In this document: positions 9,139 to 22,185 of the stretch, one piece after another
Layout: every line of letters starts with the position of its first letter
Position numbering within the stretch: the first letter of the stretch is position 1
Assembly: GCA_035554635.1 (NCBI GenBank)
Contig: DATMIB010000067.1
Coordinates: forward strand, 282-64,281
Direction of reading: 5' to 3'
From: Steroidobacteraceae bacterium
GTDB taxonomy: Bacteria; Pseudomonadota; Gammaproteobacteria; Steroidobacterales; Steroidobacteraceae
DNA length: 64,000 bases
Program-made: the position numbers and the translations under genes
Notes under the pieces: model-generated
The model's database searches: none
The model's input: only the letters and a program-made list of their open reading frames with translations
What the model was told of the DNA's origin: nothing

Positions 9139-10187
9139 GCGGCAGCCAGTGGCACGCCGGCGATGCGCGCCACGAGACCGGTCAGTTCGACCCAGGCATC
9201 GCCACGCAGGCTGCCCTTGGCGACGCGGTCGGCACGCGCGGCCGCGGCGATCAGCGCGTCGACGTCCGCGCGTCGCAGCCGCCGCACCGCCGTGCGCAGC
9301 GGCCCCTGCCGGCTGCCCCAGACCTGCTCCGCGCGGAAGATTCCGTCGAGGTTGCGCTCGTCGGGTTCGTGCTGCAGCACGCGCGAGAGCGCGCGCAGGT
9401 CGTTGAGCAGCGCCCACAGGATCAACGGCGGCTCGCGGCCTTCGCCGCGCAGGCCGTCGAGGATGCGCAGGGCGCGCGGGCCATTGCCCGAGAACGCGGC
9501 GCTCGCCAGTTCGAAAACGTCGTAGCGCGCGTTGTCGGCAACGAGTTCGGCCACCGCGTCCGCGTCGAGACGCGCACCGGGCTTCAGCAGCGCGATGCGG
9601 TCGATTTCCTGGCGCGCCGCGAGCAGGTTGCCTTCGACGCGGTCGGCCAGCAGTTCGGCCGCCTCGCGTTCGATCGCGACGTCATGCTGCCGCAGGCGTT
9701 GCGTGATCCACTCGGGCAGGCGATCGCGTGTGAGCTCGGCCGCGACGACCACGAGCCCCTGGCGCTCGAACTCGTTGACCCACGCCGACTTCCACGACTT
9801 GGGCTCGAGTTCGCCGCTCACGAGCAGCAGCGTGTCCTGCGGCGGCTCCGCCGCAAGCCTGGCGAGGTTCTTCGCGGCCGCGGCGTCGGGCGCACTGCGG
9901 AACTTGAGCTCGATGAGACGCAGGTTGGCGAACAGCGACAGGCTCGCCGCGTCCATCATCAGCGCGTCCCAGTCGAAGCCCTTTTCGAGGAAATGCACTT
10001 CGCGGTCGCCGTAACCGGCCTCGCGCGCTTTCGCACGCACGAGCGTGCAGGCTTCGTCGATCAGCAGCGGCTCGGCGCCGGTCACGAGGCACGACCGTGG
10101 CAGCGGCCCCTTGGCGAGGGTCGCCGGAAGCGCATCCGGGGTCGTCCTCACCGGGAGGTTCGACCTGGGGTCCGGGCCCGCGTGCAA
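9135..10187 (-). CDS. holA: DNA polymerase III delta subunit
   Basis: LVTGAEPLLIDEA...LSLFANLRLIELK...NLLAARQEIDRIALL matches the HolA domain pattern, and the position lptE..holA-nadD fits. Start uncertain: TTG 10187 or GTG 10151, neither with a clear SD. Confidence 0.85.
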   Translation of the reverse strand: MHAGPDPRSNLPVRTTPDALPATLAKGPLPRSCLVTGAEPLLIDEACTLVRAKAREAGYGDREVHFLEKGFDWDALMMDAASLSLFANLRLIELKFRSAPDAAAAKNLARLAAEPPQDTLLLVSGELEPKSWKSAWVNEFERQGLVVVAAELTRDRLPEWITQRLRQHDVAIEREAAELLADRVEGNLLAARQEIDRIALLKPGARLDADAVAELVADNARYDVFELASAAFSGNGPRALRILDGLRGEGREPPLILWALLNDLRALSRVLQHEPDERNLDGIFRAEQVWGSRQGPLRTAVRRLRRADVDALIAAAARADRVAKGSLRGDAWVELTGLVARIAGVPLAAA

Positions 10188-10237
10188 CGGGGGCCCTGTG
10201 GATGGCGGTGGCGCATGTGCGGCCGATTATGCCGACT

Positions 10238-10260
10238 CCTCTCCGCGAACGGGAGAGGTG
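10238..10260. repeat. single REP-like stem-loop CCTCTCC-gcgaac-GGGAGAGG
   Basis: cctctccgcgaacgggagaggtg in the divergent holA/pip spacer. Near-identical to the middle unit at 32351-32375. Confidence 0.8.
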
Positions 10261-10286
10261 TCCGGTGCGTCACGCTACAATCGCGC

Positions 10287-11282
10287 ATGGCCAAGCAAAA
10301 ACCCCGACCGAACGCTCCCGTCCCCGCGGCTACCCGCCGCGAGCTCTACCCCGAGATCGAGCCCTATCGCAGCGGCTGGTTGCAGGTCTCGCCGACGCAC
10401 GAGATCTACTGGGAGGAATGCGGCAACCCTCGAGGCAAGCCGGCCGTGTTCGTGCACGGCGGCCCGGGCGCCGGCGCCGACGCCCGCTCGCGGCGCTTCT
10501 TCGACCCGCGCAAGTACCGGATCGTCGTGTTCGACCAGCGCGGCTGTGGCCGCAGCCGCCCGCACGCGAGCCTCGAGGACAACACGACCTGGCACCTGGT
10601 CGCCGACATGGAGCAGTTGCGCAAGTTCCTCGGCATCGAGCGCTGGCTGGTCTTCGGCGGCTCGTGGGGCTCGACGCTCGCACTCGCCTACTCGCAGACG
10701 CACCCGAAGCGCGTCACCGAGCTCGTGCTGCGCGGCATCTTCATGCTGCGGGACTGGGAGATCCACTGGTTCTACCAGCACGGCGCCCACGCGATCTTCC
10801 CCGACCGCTGGGAGCACTACATCGCGGCGATCCCGAAGGCCGAGCGCGACGACCTCGTGCAGGCGTTCTACAAGCGGCTCACGAGCCGCAACCGCGCGAC
10901 ACAGCTCAAGGCCGCCAAGGCCTGGGCGGTGTGGGAAGGCTCGACCAGCTACCTGCACGTCAACGAAAAGAACATCGACAACTGGAACGTCGACGACTTC
11001 GCGATCGCCGTGGCCCGCATCGAATGCCACTACTTCGTCAACCACGGCTTTTTCGAGACCGACGACCAGCTGCTGCGCGGCGTGCGCAGGATCCGCAAGA
11101 TTCCCGCGGTGATCGTGCAGGGCCGCTACGACGTCGTCTGCCCGATGCGCAGCGCCTGGGACCTGCACCGCGCCTGGCCGGAGGCCGACCTGCGCATCGT
11201 GCCCGACGCGGGCCATTCCGCGCTCGAGGCCGGCAACACGCACGAACTGGTGTCGGCGACGGACCGGTTCGCGACGCGCTAG
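10287..11282 (+). CDS. pip: prolyl aminopeptidase (proline iminopeptidase)
   Basis: ELYPEIEPYRSGWLQVSPTHEIYWEECGNPRGKPAVFVHGGPG..FDQRGCGRS..FGGSWGSTLALAY (GxSxG nucleophile)..PDAGHS. ATG at 10287. The track ORF from 9129 is an antisense-holA extension. Confidence 0.92.
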   Translation: MAKQKPRPNAPVPAATRRELYPEIEPYRSGWLQVSPTHEIYWEECGNPRGKPAVFVHGGPGAGADARSRRFFDPRKYRIVVFDQRGCGRSRPHASLEDNTTWHLVADMEQLRKFLGIERWLVFGGSWGSTLALAYSQTHPKRVTELVLRGIFMLRDWEIHWFYQHGAHAIFPDRWEHYIAAIPKAERDDLVQAFYKRLTSRNRATQLKAAKAWAVWEGSTSYLHVNEKNIDNWNVDDFAIAVARIECHYFVNHGFFETDDQLLRGVRRIRKIPAVIVQGRYDVVCPMRSAWDLHRAWPEADLRIVPDAGHSALEAGNTHELVSATDRFATR

Positions 11283-11380
11283 GACCGGAGGTCACTGCGT
11301 GCATGCGCTAGCCTCGACACCGCGAGGCCAGCGCAAGCACGCCAAGGTGTTCGCGCGTCGGGCCGGTCGCCCCGGTTGGC

Positions 11381-12049
11381 TCAGTGCTCCGTGGAGGAGG
11401 TCAACCGCGCAATGAGGCCCTTGCCCGCGTCCTTCGCACGCCCGAGGCTCTTGAGCAGTTCAGGGGAGGACTCGATCTCCGCCTTGCGCTCCGCGAGCCG
11501 CTCGCCGAGGGTGACGAGGTCCATGCCGGAGCTGCGCGCCTTGGCGAACATGCCGTCGCGCTGCTCCTCTTCCTTGACGTGGTGCTTGATCATTTCCGAC
11601 AACACGGTCACGCGCGCGTCGTAGTACTCGTCGTCCGGGCCCGAGGACTCGATCTCGGCGATCAGTTTCTTCGCGCCGTCGTGTTCGACGATCGCCTCGT
11701 GGTGGATCTCCTCGTCGCCCGACGCTTCGTAGAACGCCGGGTAGAAGATCTCCTCCTCGATCTGCGTGTGGACGCGCAGCGCGTCGCAGACCTTCGTCGC
11801 GAGGTCACGCTTGCGGTCGCTGGTACGCGCCTTCTCGAACTGCTGGAACAGCCCCTCCACCTCGCGGTGATCGGCCTTCAGCAGAGAGATCGCGTCATTG
11901 CGCGCCTGGCTGCCTCGACGGCGCGTGCTGGTTCCACGTGTGCTCTTTGCGCGCGCGCCTGTGGCGCTCGTGCTCCGAGTCCTTCGCGCTGCAGCCTTGC
12001 GCGTTGCTGTCTTGGTCCGGGTCGTGGTTCGGGTCTTCGCTCGTGCCAT
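11381..12049 (-). CDS. hemerythrin (HHE cation-binding) domain protein with a basic Thr/Arg/Lys-rich N-terminal tail
   Basis: AISLLKADHREVEGLFQQFE...HTQIEEEIFYPAF...HHEAIVEHDGAKKLI...MIKHHVKEEE are His/Glu ligand motifs of the hemerythrin fold. ATG at 12049 (MARAKTRTTTRTK..) verified. Confidence 0.8.
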   Translation of the reverse strand: MARAKTRTTTRTKTATRKAAARRTRSTSATGARAKSTRGTSTRRRGSQARNDAISLLKADHREVEGLFQQFEKARTSDRKRDLATKVCDALRVHTQIEEEIFYPAFYEASGDEEIHHEAIVEHDGAKKLIAEIESSGPDDEYYDARVTVLSEMIKHHVKEEEQRDGMFAKARSSGMDLVTLGERLAERKAEIESSPELLKSLGRAKDAGKGLIARLTSSTEH

Positions 12050-12303
12050 GTGCGTGCGCTCCTTGCAAGATCGGGTCACCGTAGCAACGGGCGCCCGCAA
12101 GGAAACAGCACCGATCCCGCAACGTTGGCGTCAGGCGCGGTCCTGCGCGGCTGTTGCGGAACCGCTGACTCGCCTCGGTCGATCCGCACGTCGAAGTCGG
12201 ACATGGGGCGCCCGCTGCGCAGCGCGCGGCAGCGTCGGAATCGCCGGCGTCGCGCGTGCCAGCGCGTGCCAGCGGGTCAGCGCGGTCAACGTGGTCAACG
12301 TGG

Positions 12304-13677
12304 TCAGCGCGCGAGTTCGCGCAGCATGCGCTCCCAGATGTCGATCTGGTCGTGGAACGCCTGCACGCCGACCCGTTCGTTCAGGCCGTGTGCGCCCGAC
12401 GTCTCGCCGACGAAACTCCAGAGGCCGCTGACGCCGTACGTCGGGATGCCGGCGCCGCGGATGTAGACGGCGTCGGTCGCCCCGGCCGACATGCCGGGCA
12501 CGATCGGCGCATCGGGGAAGCGCTGCGTCACGGCGTTGCGATATGCCGTGAGCACGTCGTCGCGCAACGGGCTCGGCGCCGACCAGTCGCCGCCCATGGC
12601 GATCTCGACCTTGACGTCCTTGCCCGCGATCGCCTGCAGTTCCTGCAGCACGTCGGTCGGCTTCACGCCGGGGAAGATGCGGCAGTTGACGTTGGCCTCG
12701 GCGCGTTGCGGCAGCGCGTTGGGCGCGTGGCCGCCGGAGAGTTCGGTCGCGACACAGCGCGTGCGCGTGTAGCCCGGCTCGTTCATCTCGACGCTGTCGG
12801 CCTTTTCGAGATTGGTCGGGTCGTCGAGCCACGCCTTGACCAGCTCGCCGTAGGCGCCCTGGTCCTTCGCGGCCACCAGTTCGAAATAGGCGCGCGTCGC
12901 GTCGTTGAGCATCGGCGCAAACCGGTATTCCTCGAGCGCCTTGAGCGCGCCGGCCAGCTGGTAGATCGCGTTGTCCGCGCGCGGTGCCGAGCTGTGCCCG
13001 CCGCGATTGGTGGCGACGAAGCGGAAGTCCGCGTAGGTCTTCTCGGCCACCTGGATGCTGAAGGATTCGACGCGGCCGTCCTTGTACACGCTGCCGCCGC
13101 CCGCGTCGGAATTGAGCGCGAACTCGGCGTCGATCAGCGACTTCCAGTCCCGGGCCGCGAGACGCGAGCCGTTGCCGGCAGTCTCCTCGTCTCCGGTGAA
13201 CAACACGACGATGTCGCGCGACGGCTCGAACCCGGCCTGTTTCAGCCGTACGAGGCTCGACACGATCGCGACCATGCCCGCCTTGTTGTCGCTCGCACCG
13301 CGCGCCCAGTAGTAGCCGTCGGCCTCGCGGAACGTGAACGGGTCGTGGGTCCAGTCCGCACGCCGCGCCTCGACGACGTCCATGTGCGCCATGAGCAGCA
13401 TCGGCTTCTTGCCGGACGGCTTCGCCGCCGGCCAGCGCACGATCATGTCCTCGGTGTCGTCGTAAGGCTTCACCGTGATGTCACGGATCCCTGCCTTGCG
13501 GAACTGCGCCGACAGCAGCTTGACCAGGCGTGGCATCTCGCCACGACCGGCGACGGTGGGAATCTCCACCACCTGCCGGAACAACTCGCGTTCGGCAGCC
13601 TGCCGGGCCGCATTGTCGGCGGCCTGGGCCTGTGTGGAACCGAGAACGATGCCGAGAGCGACGCACCAGCCACGCAT
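12304..13677 (-). CDS. secreted M20/M25/M40-family metallopeptidase
   Basis: Signal peptide MRGWCVALGIVLGSTQAQAAD; LLMAHMDVV..; ASDNKAG; FTGDEETAG; GGHSS are typical M20 metal-ligand motifs. Confidence 0.85.
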   Translation of the reverse strand: MRGWCVALGIVLGSTQAQAADNAARQAAERELFRQVVEIPTVAGRGEMPRLVKLLSAQFRKAGIRDITVKPYDDTEDMIVRWPAAKPSGKKPMLLMAHMDVVEARRADWTHDPFTFREADGYYWARGASDNKAGMVAIVSSLVRLKQAGFEPSRDIVVLFTGDEETAGNGSRLAARDWKSLIDAEFALNSDAGGGSVYKDGRVESFSIQVAEKTYADFRFVATNRGGHSSAPRADNAIYQLAGALKALEEYRFAPMLNDATRAYFELVAAKDQGAYGELVKAWLDDPTNLEKADSVEMNEPGYTRTRCVATELSGGHAPNALPQRAEANVNCRIFPGVKPTDVLQELQAIAGKDVKVEIAMGGDWSAPSPLRDDVLTAYRNAVTQRFPDAPIVPGMSAGATDAVYIRGAGIPTYGVSGLWSFVGETSGAHGLNERVGVQAFHDQIDIWERMLRELAR

Positions 13678-13723
13678 GGACGACCCCTGGTTTGGAGAAT
13701 CCGGTTTTTGGGACTTGTCAGGA

Positions 13724-14266
13724 CTATGGTTGCCCGGCCGGAGGCGCGACGGCGGACGGCGCCTCGACCGGCAACGACTCGAGCCTGCGCACGACCAGCA
13801 GCGCGAGGTCGCGCGCCATGGCCTCGCGCAGGATCGCTTCCTCGCGATTCTTGGCGAGCAGCTGCGACTCCTCGAAGCTCAGGTTGCGGATCAGCTCGAG
13901 CGGCTGGCGCTCGACGATCTCGCGGCCGGCACGCTCGACCGTGTACTCGACGGCGTAGAACACCTCGTATTCCTGCGGCGTGTTGCGCGCCGAGACCGAC
14001 AGTACGCGACGACCGCTGCGGTCGCGCTGGATGCGCACGACGGTGTCCGCCGCACCGGAGCTGCGCGCGATCGTGCCACCCGACTGTTCGATCGCGCGAC
14101 GCAACTCGACCGCGAACGGCGTCACCTCGTCGGAAGTGGCGACGTAGAGGTTGCGCGCGCCCTCGGGCAGCGCGACGCCGCCACGGAGCTGGAACCCGCA
14201 GCCGCCGAGCGTCGCGGCGAGGGTCGCGACCACGACGAGCCGCGCGAGACCGGAGCGCAGGTTCAT
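13724..14266 (-). CDS. lptE: LPS-assembly lipoprotein LptE
   Basis: Lipobox LAATLGGCGFQLRG; 180 aa; immediately downstream of leuS as in most proteobacteria. Confidence 0.88.
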   Translation of the reverse strand: MNLRSGLARLVVVATLAATLGGCGFQLRGGVALPEGARNLYVATSDEVTPFAVELRRAIEQSGGTIARSSGAADTVVRIQRDRSGRRVLSVSARNTPQEYEVFYAVEYTVERAGREIVERQPLELIRNLSFEESQLLAKNREEAILREAMARDLALLVVRRLESLPVEAPSAVAPPAGQP

Positions 14267-14279
14267 GACGGCGACGGCC

Positions 14280-17063
<2,784 letters not shown>

Positions 17064-17072
<9 letters not shown>

Positions 17073-18149
17073 CAGGAAGCGAATGCGCCCCTGCGCGTCG
17101 ACCTGCCGCTCGAGGTCGCCCGCATGCCAGAGGCAGTTCAGGTGCGCGACCGTCTCCCCCACCGCAAGGAAGCGGTGGAAGCCGCGCAGTGGCCGGCCGT
17201 ACATCACGGCCAGCAGTTCGTAGGCACTGCGGGGCTGGTCGCGACAGGCCTCGCGCAGGGCCTCGAGCTGCTGCAGGTGGTGCGAACGCAGCACTTCGAT
17301 GCGACGGTGCAGTCCGCGAAACGGCCGGCCGTGCGACGGCAGCACGAGCGTGCCGCGGGCACAGTGTTGCGCAAGCCGTCCGAGCGACTCCAGGTACTCG
17401 GCCAGCGGGTTCGCATCCGGACGCGAGGCCAGCACGCTGACGTTCGGTGAGATCGTCGGCAGCACCTGGTCGCCGCTGATCAGCACTTCGTGCTCGGCGT
17501 CGTACAGGCACAGGTGTCCGCGGCAGTGCCCACTGGTCTCGATGACCTGCCAGTTGCGTCCGCCCGCCTCGAGCACGTCGCCGCCCGCGGTCGGCCGCCC
17601 GAGCGGTGGCAAGCCGCCATACCACCGTCCGTGCTCGTCGCCGGCGGAACGCTGCTGCGCCTCGGCCGAGACGTCCATGCCGTGCGCGGCGACGAATGCG
17701 AAGCGCCGCGCGTGCACGGCTTCGCCGGTCATCGCCAGGTACTCGGCGGTCGAAGCGTGACCGATCGGGGACATCCACACCGGCGCGCCGTGGCGTTCGT
17801 GCAGCCAGCGCGACAGGCCCATGTGGTCGGGGTGGTCGTGCGTGACGACGATGCGACGCAAGGGCCGGCCCTGCAGCACGCCTGTTTCGAGCGTTTCCCA
17901 CGCCGCGCGACAGACCTCTTCCGCGAGACCCGTGTCCACGAGCAGCCAGCCGTCGGCTTCCGGCATCAGCCACACGTTGATGTGGTTGAGCTCCATCGGC
18001 AGCGGGATGCGGGCCCACACGAGGCCCACGTCGATCGCCATGGCGTGCGCCGGCTCCGGCGGCGGCAGCTCGAGGTAGTCGAGCGCGTGCCGCGGCGAGG
18101 GATAGAGCTCGCCCTCGGCGGTGATCTTGTCGCGGTCTGCGCGGGTCAT
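17064..18149 (-). CDS. MBL-fold metallo-hydrolase
   Basis: LLVDTGL...IVVTHDHPDHMGL (HxHxDH)..ETSGHCRGHL..SGD..LPSHG. ATG at 18149 makes an ATGA overlap with the lnt stop. The track ORF to 19508 is an out-of-frame upstream extension over lnt. Confidence 0.85.
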
Positions 18150-19696
18150 GCGACGGCCGCCTGCCGTGCCCTGCGCTGCCTGGCGAACACGCCGAGCACC
18201 AGGCCGAACGCCAGCAGCACGACCGGCACGTTGCCCCAACGCACGTAGGGCGTGAGCCCGGTGCGCGGCTGCACCTCGCCGCGGAGCACGCCCGGCTGGA
18301 ACTGCGGCAACGTCGCGCGCAAGGCACCGTCGGCGGCGATCAGCGCGGTCATGCCGTCGTTGGTCGCGCGCAGCATGTCGCGCCCGCTTTCGAGCGAACG
18401 CATGCGGCTGATGTCGAGGTGCTGGTGCGGCGCGGTCGAATCGCCGAACCACGCGTCGTTGGTGACGTTGACCAGCAGCGTCGACTCGCGCACGAGCCGC
18501 AGTTGCTCCGAGCCGTAGGCATCCTCGTAACAGACGGTCGGTGCGAGCGTCTGCGCGGCCGCGCGCAGCGGCGCCTGCTGCTCGCTGCCCGACTGGAAGT
18601 CCGAGTACGGCAGGTTCATCAGCCGCATCCACTCGCGGACGCGTGCCGGCACGGGGAAGAACTCCCCGAACGGCACCAGCCGCCGCTTGTCGTACCACTG
18701 CGGTTGCGGCCGCGAGTCGTGCGTCCAGCCCGCGATCGAGTTGTAGTGGGCACCGTTCGTCGCGTCGCGACGGATCAGCCCCATCACCAGCGACGAGCCG
18801 CTCGCGAGCGCCGCACCCGACACCTGCGCGAGGTACGGCCGGATGTACTCCTCGAGCGACGGCACCGCCGATTCCGGCCACACGATGATGTCGGCGCCGA
18901 GGTGCGGCGCGGTGAGGTCGACGTAGAGCTGCATCGTGCGCTCGCGCTGCGACGCTTCCCACTTCATTGCCTGCGGCACGGCGCCCTGCACGAGCGCCAC
19001 CTGCACAGGGCCGTCCACGGGGCGTGTCCACGGCACGACCACGAGCAATGCGCCGACCACCCACAGGGCGACGGCGGTGCCGCCCGCCGCGATGCGCTCG
19101 CGGCGTGTCGTGGCGAGCACCAACGCCGCCAGCGCGCCGGCCGTGATCGCGACCGCGAGGCTCACGCCGTAGACACCAAGCACCGGCGCATAACCGCGCA
19201 ACGACGTCGCGAGTTGCGTGTAGCCGAGCGCGAGCCACGGGAAGCCGCTCATGAGCCAGCCGCGCAGCCACTCGGACAGCACCCACAGCGACGGCAGCAC
19301 GAGCAGCCAACGCGTCAGCCCCACGGCCGGTGCCCAGCGCGCGACGACGTAGCCGACCAGTGCGCTGTAGGCCCCCATGATCGCCACGAGCCCGAGCATC
19401 AGGAACAACGCGATCCACACCGGCGCCTGACCGACGAGGTGGATGCTGTGGTAGAGCCAGTAGGTGGCCGCGAGGAACGTGCCGCCGGTGAACAGGAAGC
19501 CACGCCACGCGGCTTCGCGCGGGCCGACGCCGTGCCAGAGCACGAACAGTGCCGCCGGGCAGGCCACGGCGAGTGGCTGCCAGGCCGTCGGCGCGAATGC
19601 CAGCGCGAGCAGCAGGCCGAGCGGCAGCGCGAGCCAGCGTCCCCAGGCGAGGACGCCGCGCAGCGACGCGGGCCGGCTCACGGCCTCAACGGCCAT
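18146..19696 (-). CDS. lnt: apolipoprotein N-acyltransferase
   Basis: 516 aa; multi-TM N-terminus followed by a C-N hydrolase domain (VALVQGAVPQ..WPESAVP..YDKRRLVPFGEF..VCYEDAY); downstream of corC. Confidence 0.92.
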   Translation of the reverse strand: MAVEAVSRPASLRGVLAWGRWLALPLGLLLALAFAPTAWQPLAVACPAALFVLWHGVGPREAAWRGFLFTGGTFLAATYWLYHSIHLVGQAPVWIALFLMLGLVAIMGAYSALVGYVVARWAPAVGLTRWLLVLPSLWVLSEWLRGWLMSGFPWLALGYTQLATSLRGYAPVLGVYGVSLAVAITAGALAALVLATTRRERIAAGGTAVALWVVGALLVVVPWTRPVDGPVQVALVQGAVPQAMKWEASQRERTMQLYVDLTAPHLGADIIVWPESAVPSLEEYIRPYLAQVSGAALASGSSLVMGLIRRDATNGAHYNSIAGWTHDSRPQPQWYDKRRLVPFGEFFPVPARVREWMRLMNLPYSDFQSGSEQQAPLRAAAQTLAPTVCYEDAYGSEQLRLVRESTLLVNVTNDAWFGDSTAPHQHLDISRMRSLESGRDMLRATNDGMTALIAADGALRATLPQFQPGVLRGEVQPRTGLTPYVRWGNVPVVLLAFGLVLGVFARQRRARQAAVA

Positions 19697-20555
19697 CCGG
19701 CGCAGGACGCACGTCCGGCGTCGTCACCCGCAGCGTCTCGATGCGGCGGCGATCCGCCCGCGTCACCTTGAGCTCGAGGCCGCCGATCTGGATCGCCTCG
19801 CCGCGTCGCGGCATGCGGCCGAGTTCGTGCAGCACGAGACCGCCGATCGTGTCGGCCTCCTCGTCGGAGAACCGCGTGCCGAAGGCTTCGTTGAATTCCT
19901 CGATGCGCGTGAGCGCGGGCACGGTCCAGGCGCGGTCGGCCTCCTTGCGGATGCCCTCGCCTTCGTCGACGTCGTACTCGTCGCCGATGTCGCCGACGAT
20001 CTGCTCGAGCACGTCCTCGATCGTGAGCAACCCGGAGACGCCGCCGTACTCGTCGACGACGATCGCCATGTGGTTGTGGCTCACGCGGAATTCCTTGAGC
20101 AGCACGTTGAGGCGCTTGCTCTCGGGGATGAACACGGCCGGGCGCAGGCACTCGCGGATGTCGAAATGGTCGCGGCTTTCCTCGACGAAGAACCGCAGCA
20201 GGTCCTTCGCGAGCAGGATGCCGACGACCTCGTCGCGGTCCTCGCCGACGACCGGGAAGCGCGAGTGGCCGGACTCGATCACCACCGGCAGGATCTTTTC
20301 GGGCGGGTCCTCGCGGTGGATCACGACCATCTGCGAGCGTGCCACCATCACGTCCCGGACCTGGATCTCGGAGACCTGCAGCACGGACTCGAGCATCTCG
20401 AGCACGTCGCCGTCGATCAGCCCGCGCTCGCGCGCGTCGGCGAGCACGTCGCCCAGCTGCTCGAGATCCCGCGGCTCGCCCGTCAGCGTCTCGGCGAGGC
20501 GCCGCAACCAACCGCCGCCCGAGGACGACGAACCCGTATGCCCGTTATTACTCAT
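19686..20555 (-). CDS. corC: HlyC/CorC-family (CBS-domain) magnesium/cobalt efflux protein
   Basis: [40 protein letters not shown] (CBS pair), then a CorC_HlyC C-terminal domain. ybeZ-ybeY-ybeX-lnt synteny. Confidence 0.9.
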   Translation of the reverse strand: MSNNGHTGSSSSGGGWLRRLAETLTGEPRDLEQLGDVLADARERGLIDGDVLEMLESVLQVSEIQVRDVMVARSQMVVIHREDPPEKILPVVIESGHSRFPVVGEDRDEVVGILLAKDLLRFFVEESRDHFDIRECLRPAVFIPESKRLNVLLKEFRVSHNHMAIVVDEYGGVSGLLTIEDVLEQIVGDIGDEYDVDEGEGIRKEADRAWTVPALTRIEEFNEAFGTRFSDEEADTIGGLVLHELGRMPRRGEAIQIGGLELKVTRADRRRIETLRVTTPDVRPAPDGR

Positions 20556-21168
20556 ACCTTGCCGTGGTGACCCTGGTACGGGTCATCAAACCCCAATCGC
20601 TGCAGGATTTCCACTTCGAGCTTTTCCATCTTGCCCGCGGCGCGCGGCTGCTCGTGGTCGTAACCGAGCAGGTGCAGCGTGCCGTGCACGACCATGTGCG
20701 CCCAGTGCGCCGACAGCGGCTTGCCCTGCTCGCGCGCCTCGCGCGCGACGACCGGCGCGCAGACGACCAGGTCGCCAAGCGCGCCTTCGTAGCGGCATTC
20801 CTCCGTCGATGCGGGGAATGAAAGCACGTTGGTCGGTTTGGGCTTGCCGCGGAACCCTTCGTTCAGTCGATGACTTTCGGTGTTGCCGACGACTCGCACG
20901 CAGACTGTCGGCGCGACGCCCTGATCCGGTGCGCGGGCACGCTTGCGACTGCGTGGCAGCGCGGTCGAACCCGCGTCCCAGGCCGCGCGCGCCCAGCGAC
21001 GCAACAGCACCGGGCCCGGCACTCCGGCCGGCCGCCGCGCGTACTGCACGTCGACCCGCAGGTCCGCACCGCTGCGATCGGCGGTCGCGGCACGCGCCGT
21101 CGCGCGCGACGACGTCGGCCTGCGCGCAGGGGGAGGTTCGGCGGAACGCGACTCGGTGCCCTTGCGCA

Positions 21169-21169
<1 letters not shown>
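20552..21169 (-). CDS. ybeY: rRNA maturation endoribonuclease YbeY (long form, Arg-rich N-terminus)
   Basis: [12 protein letters not shown]...[15 protein letters not shown] (HxxxHxxxxxH zinc motif). The ATG at 21169 overlaps the phoH TGA by 1 nt. 205 aa against about 155 typical, so the true start may be further in. Confidence 0.88.

Positions 21170-22181
<1,012 letters not shown>

Positions 22182-22185
<4 letters not shown>

Noticed and set aside
9129-11282. 717-aa ORF extending pip upstream; also 33454..35010 (pepQ) and 54750..56315 (terC)
   Set aside because: These are upstream extensions across neighbouring genes or spacers with no homology. The conserved protein starts at an internal ATG in each case.
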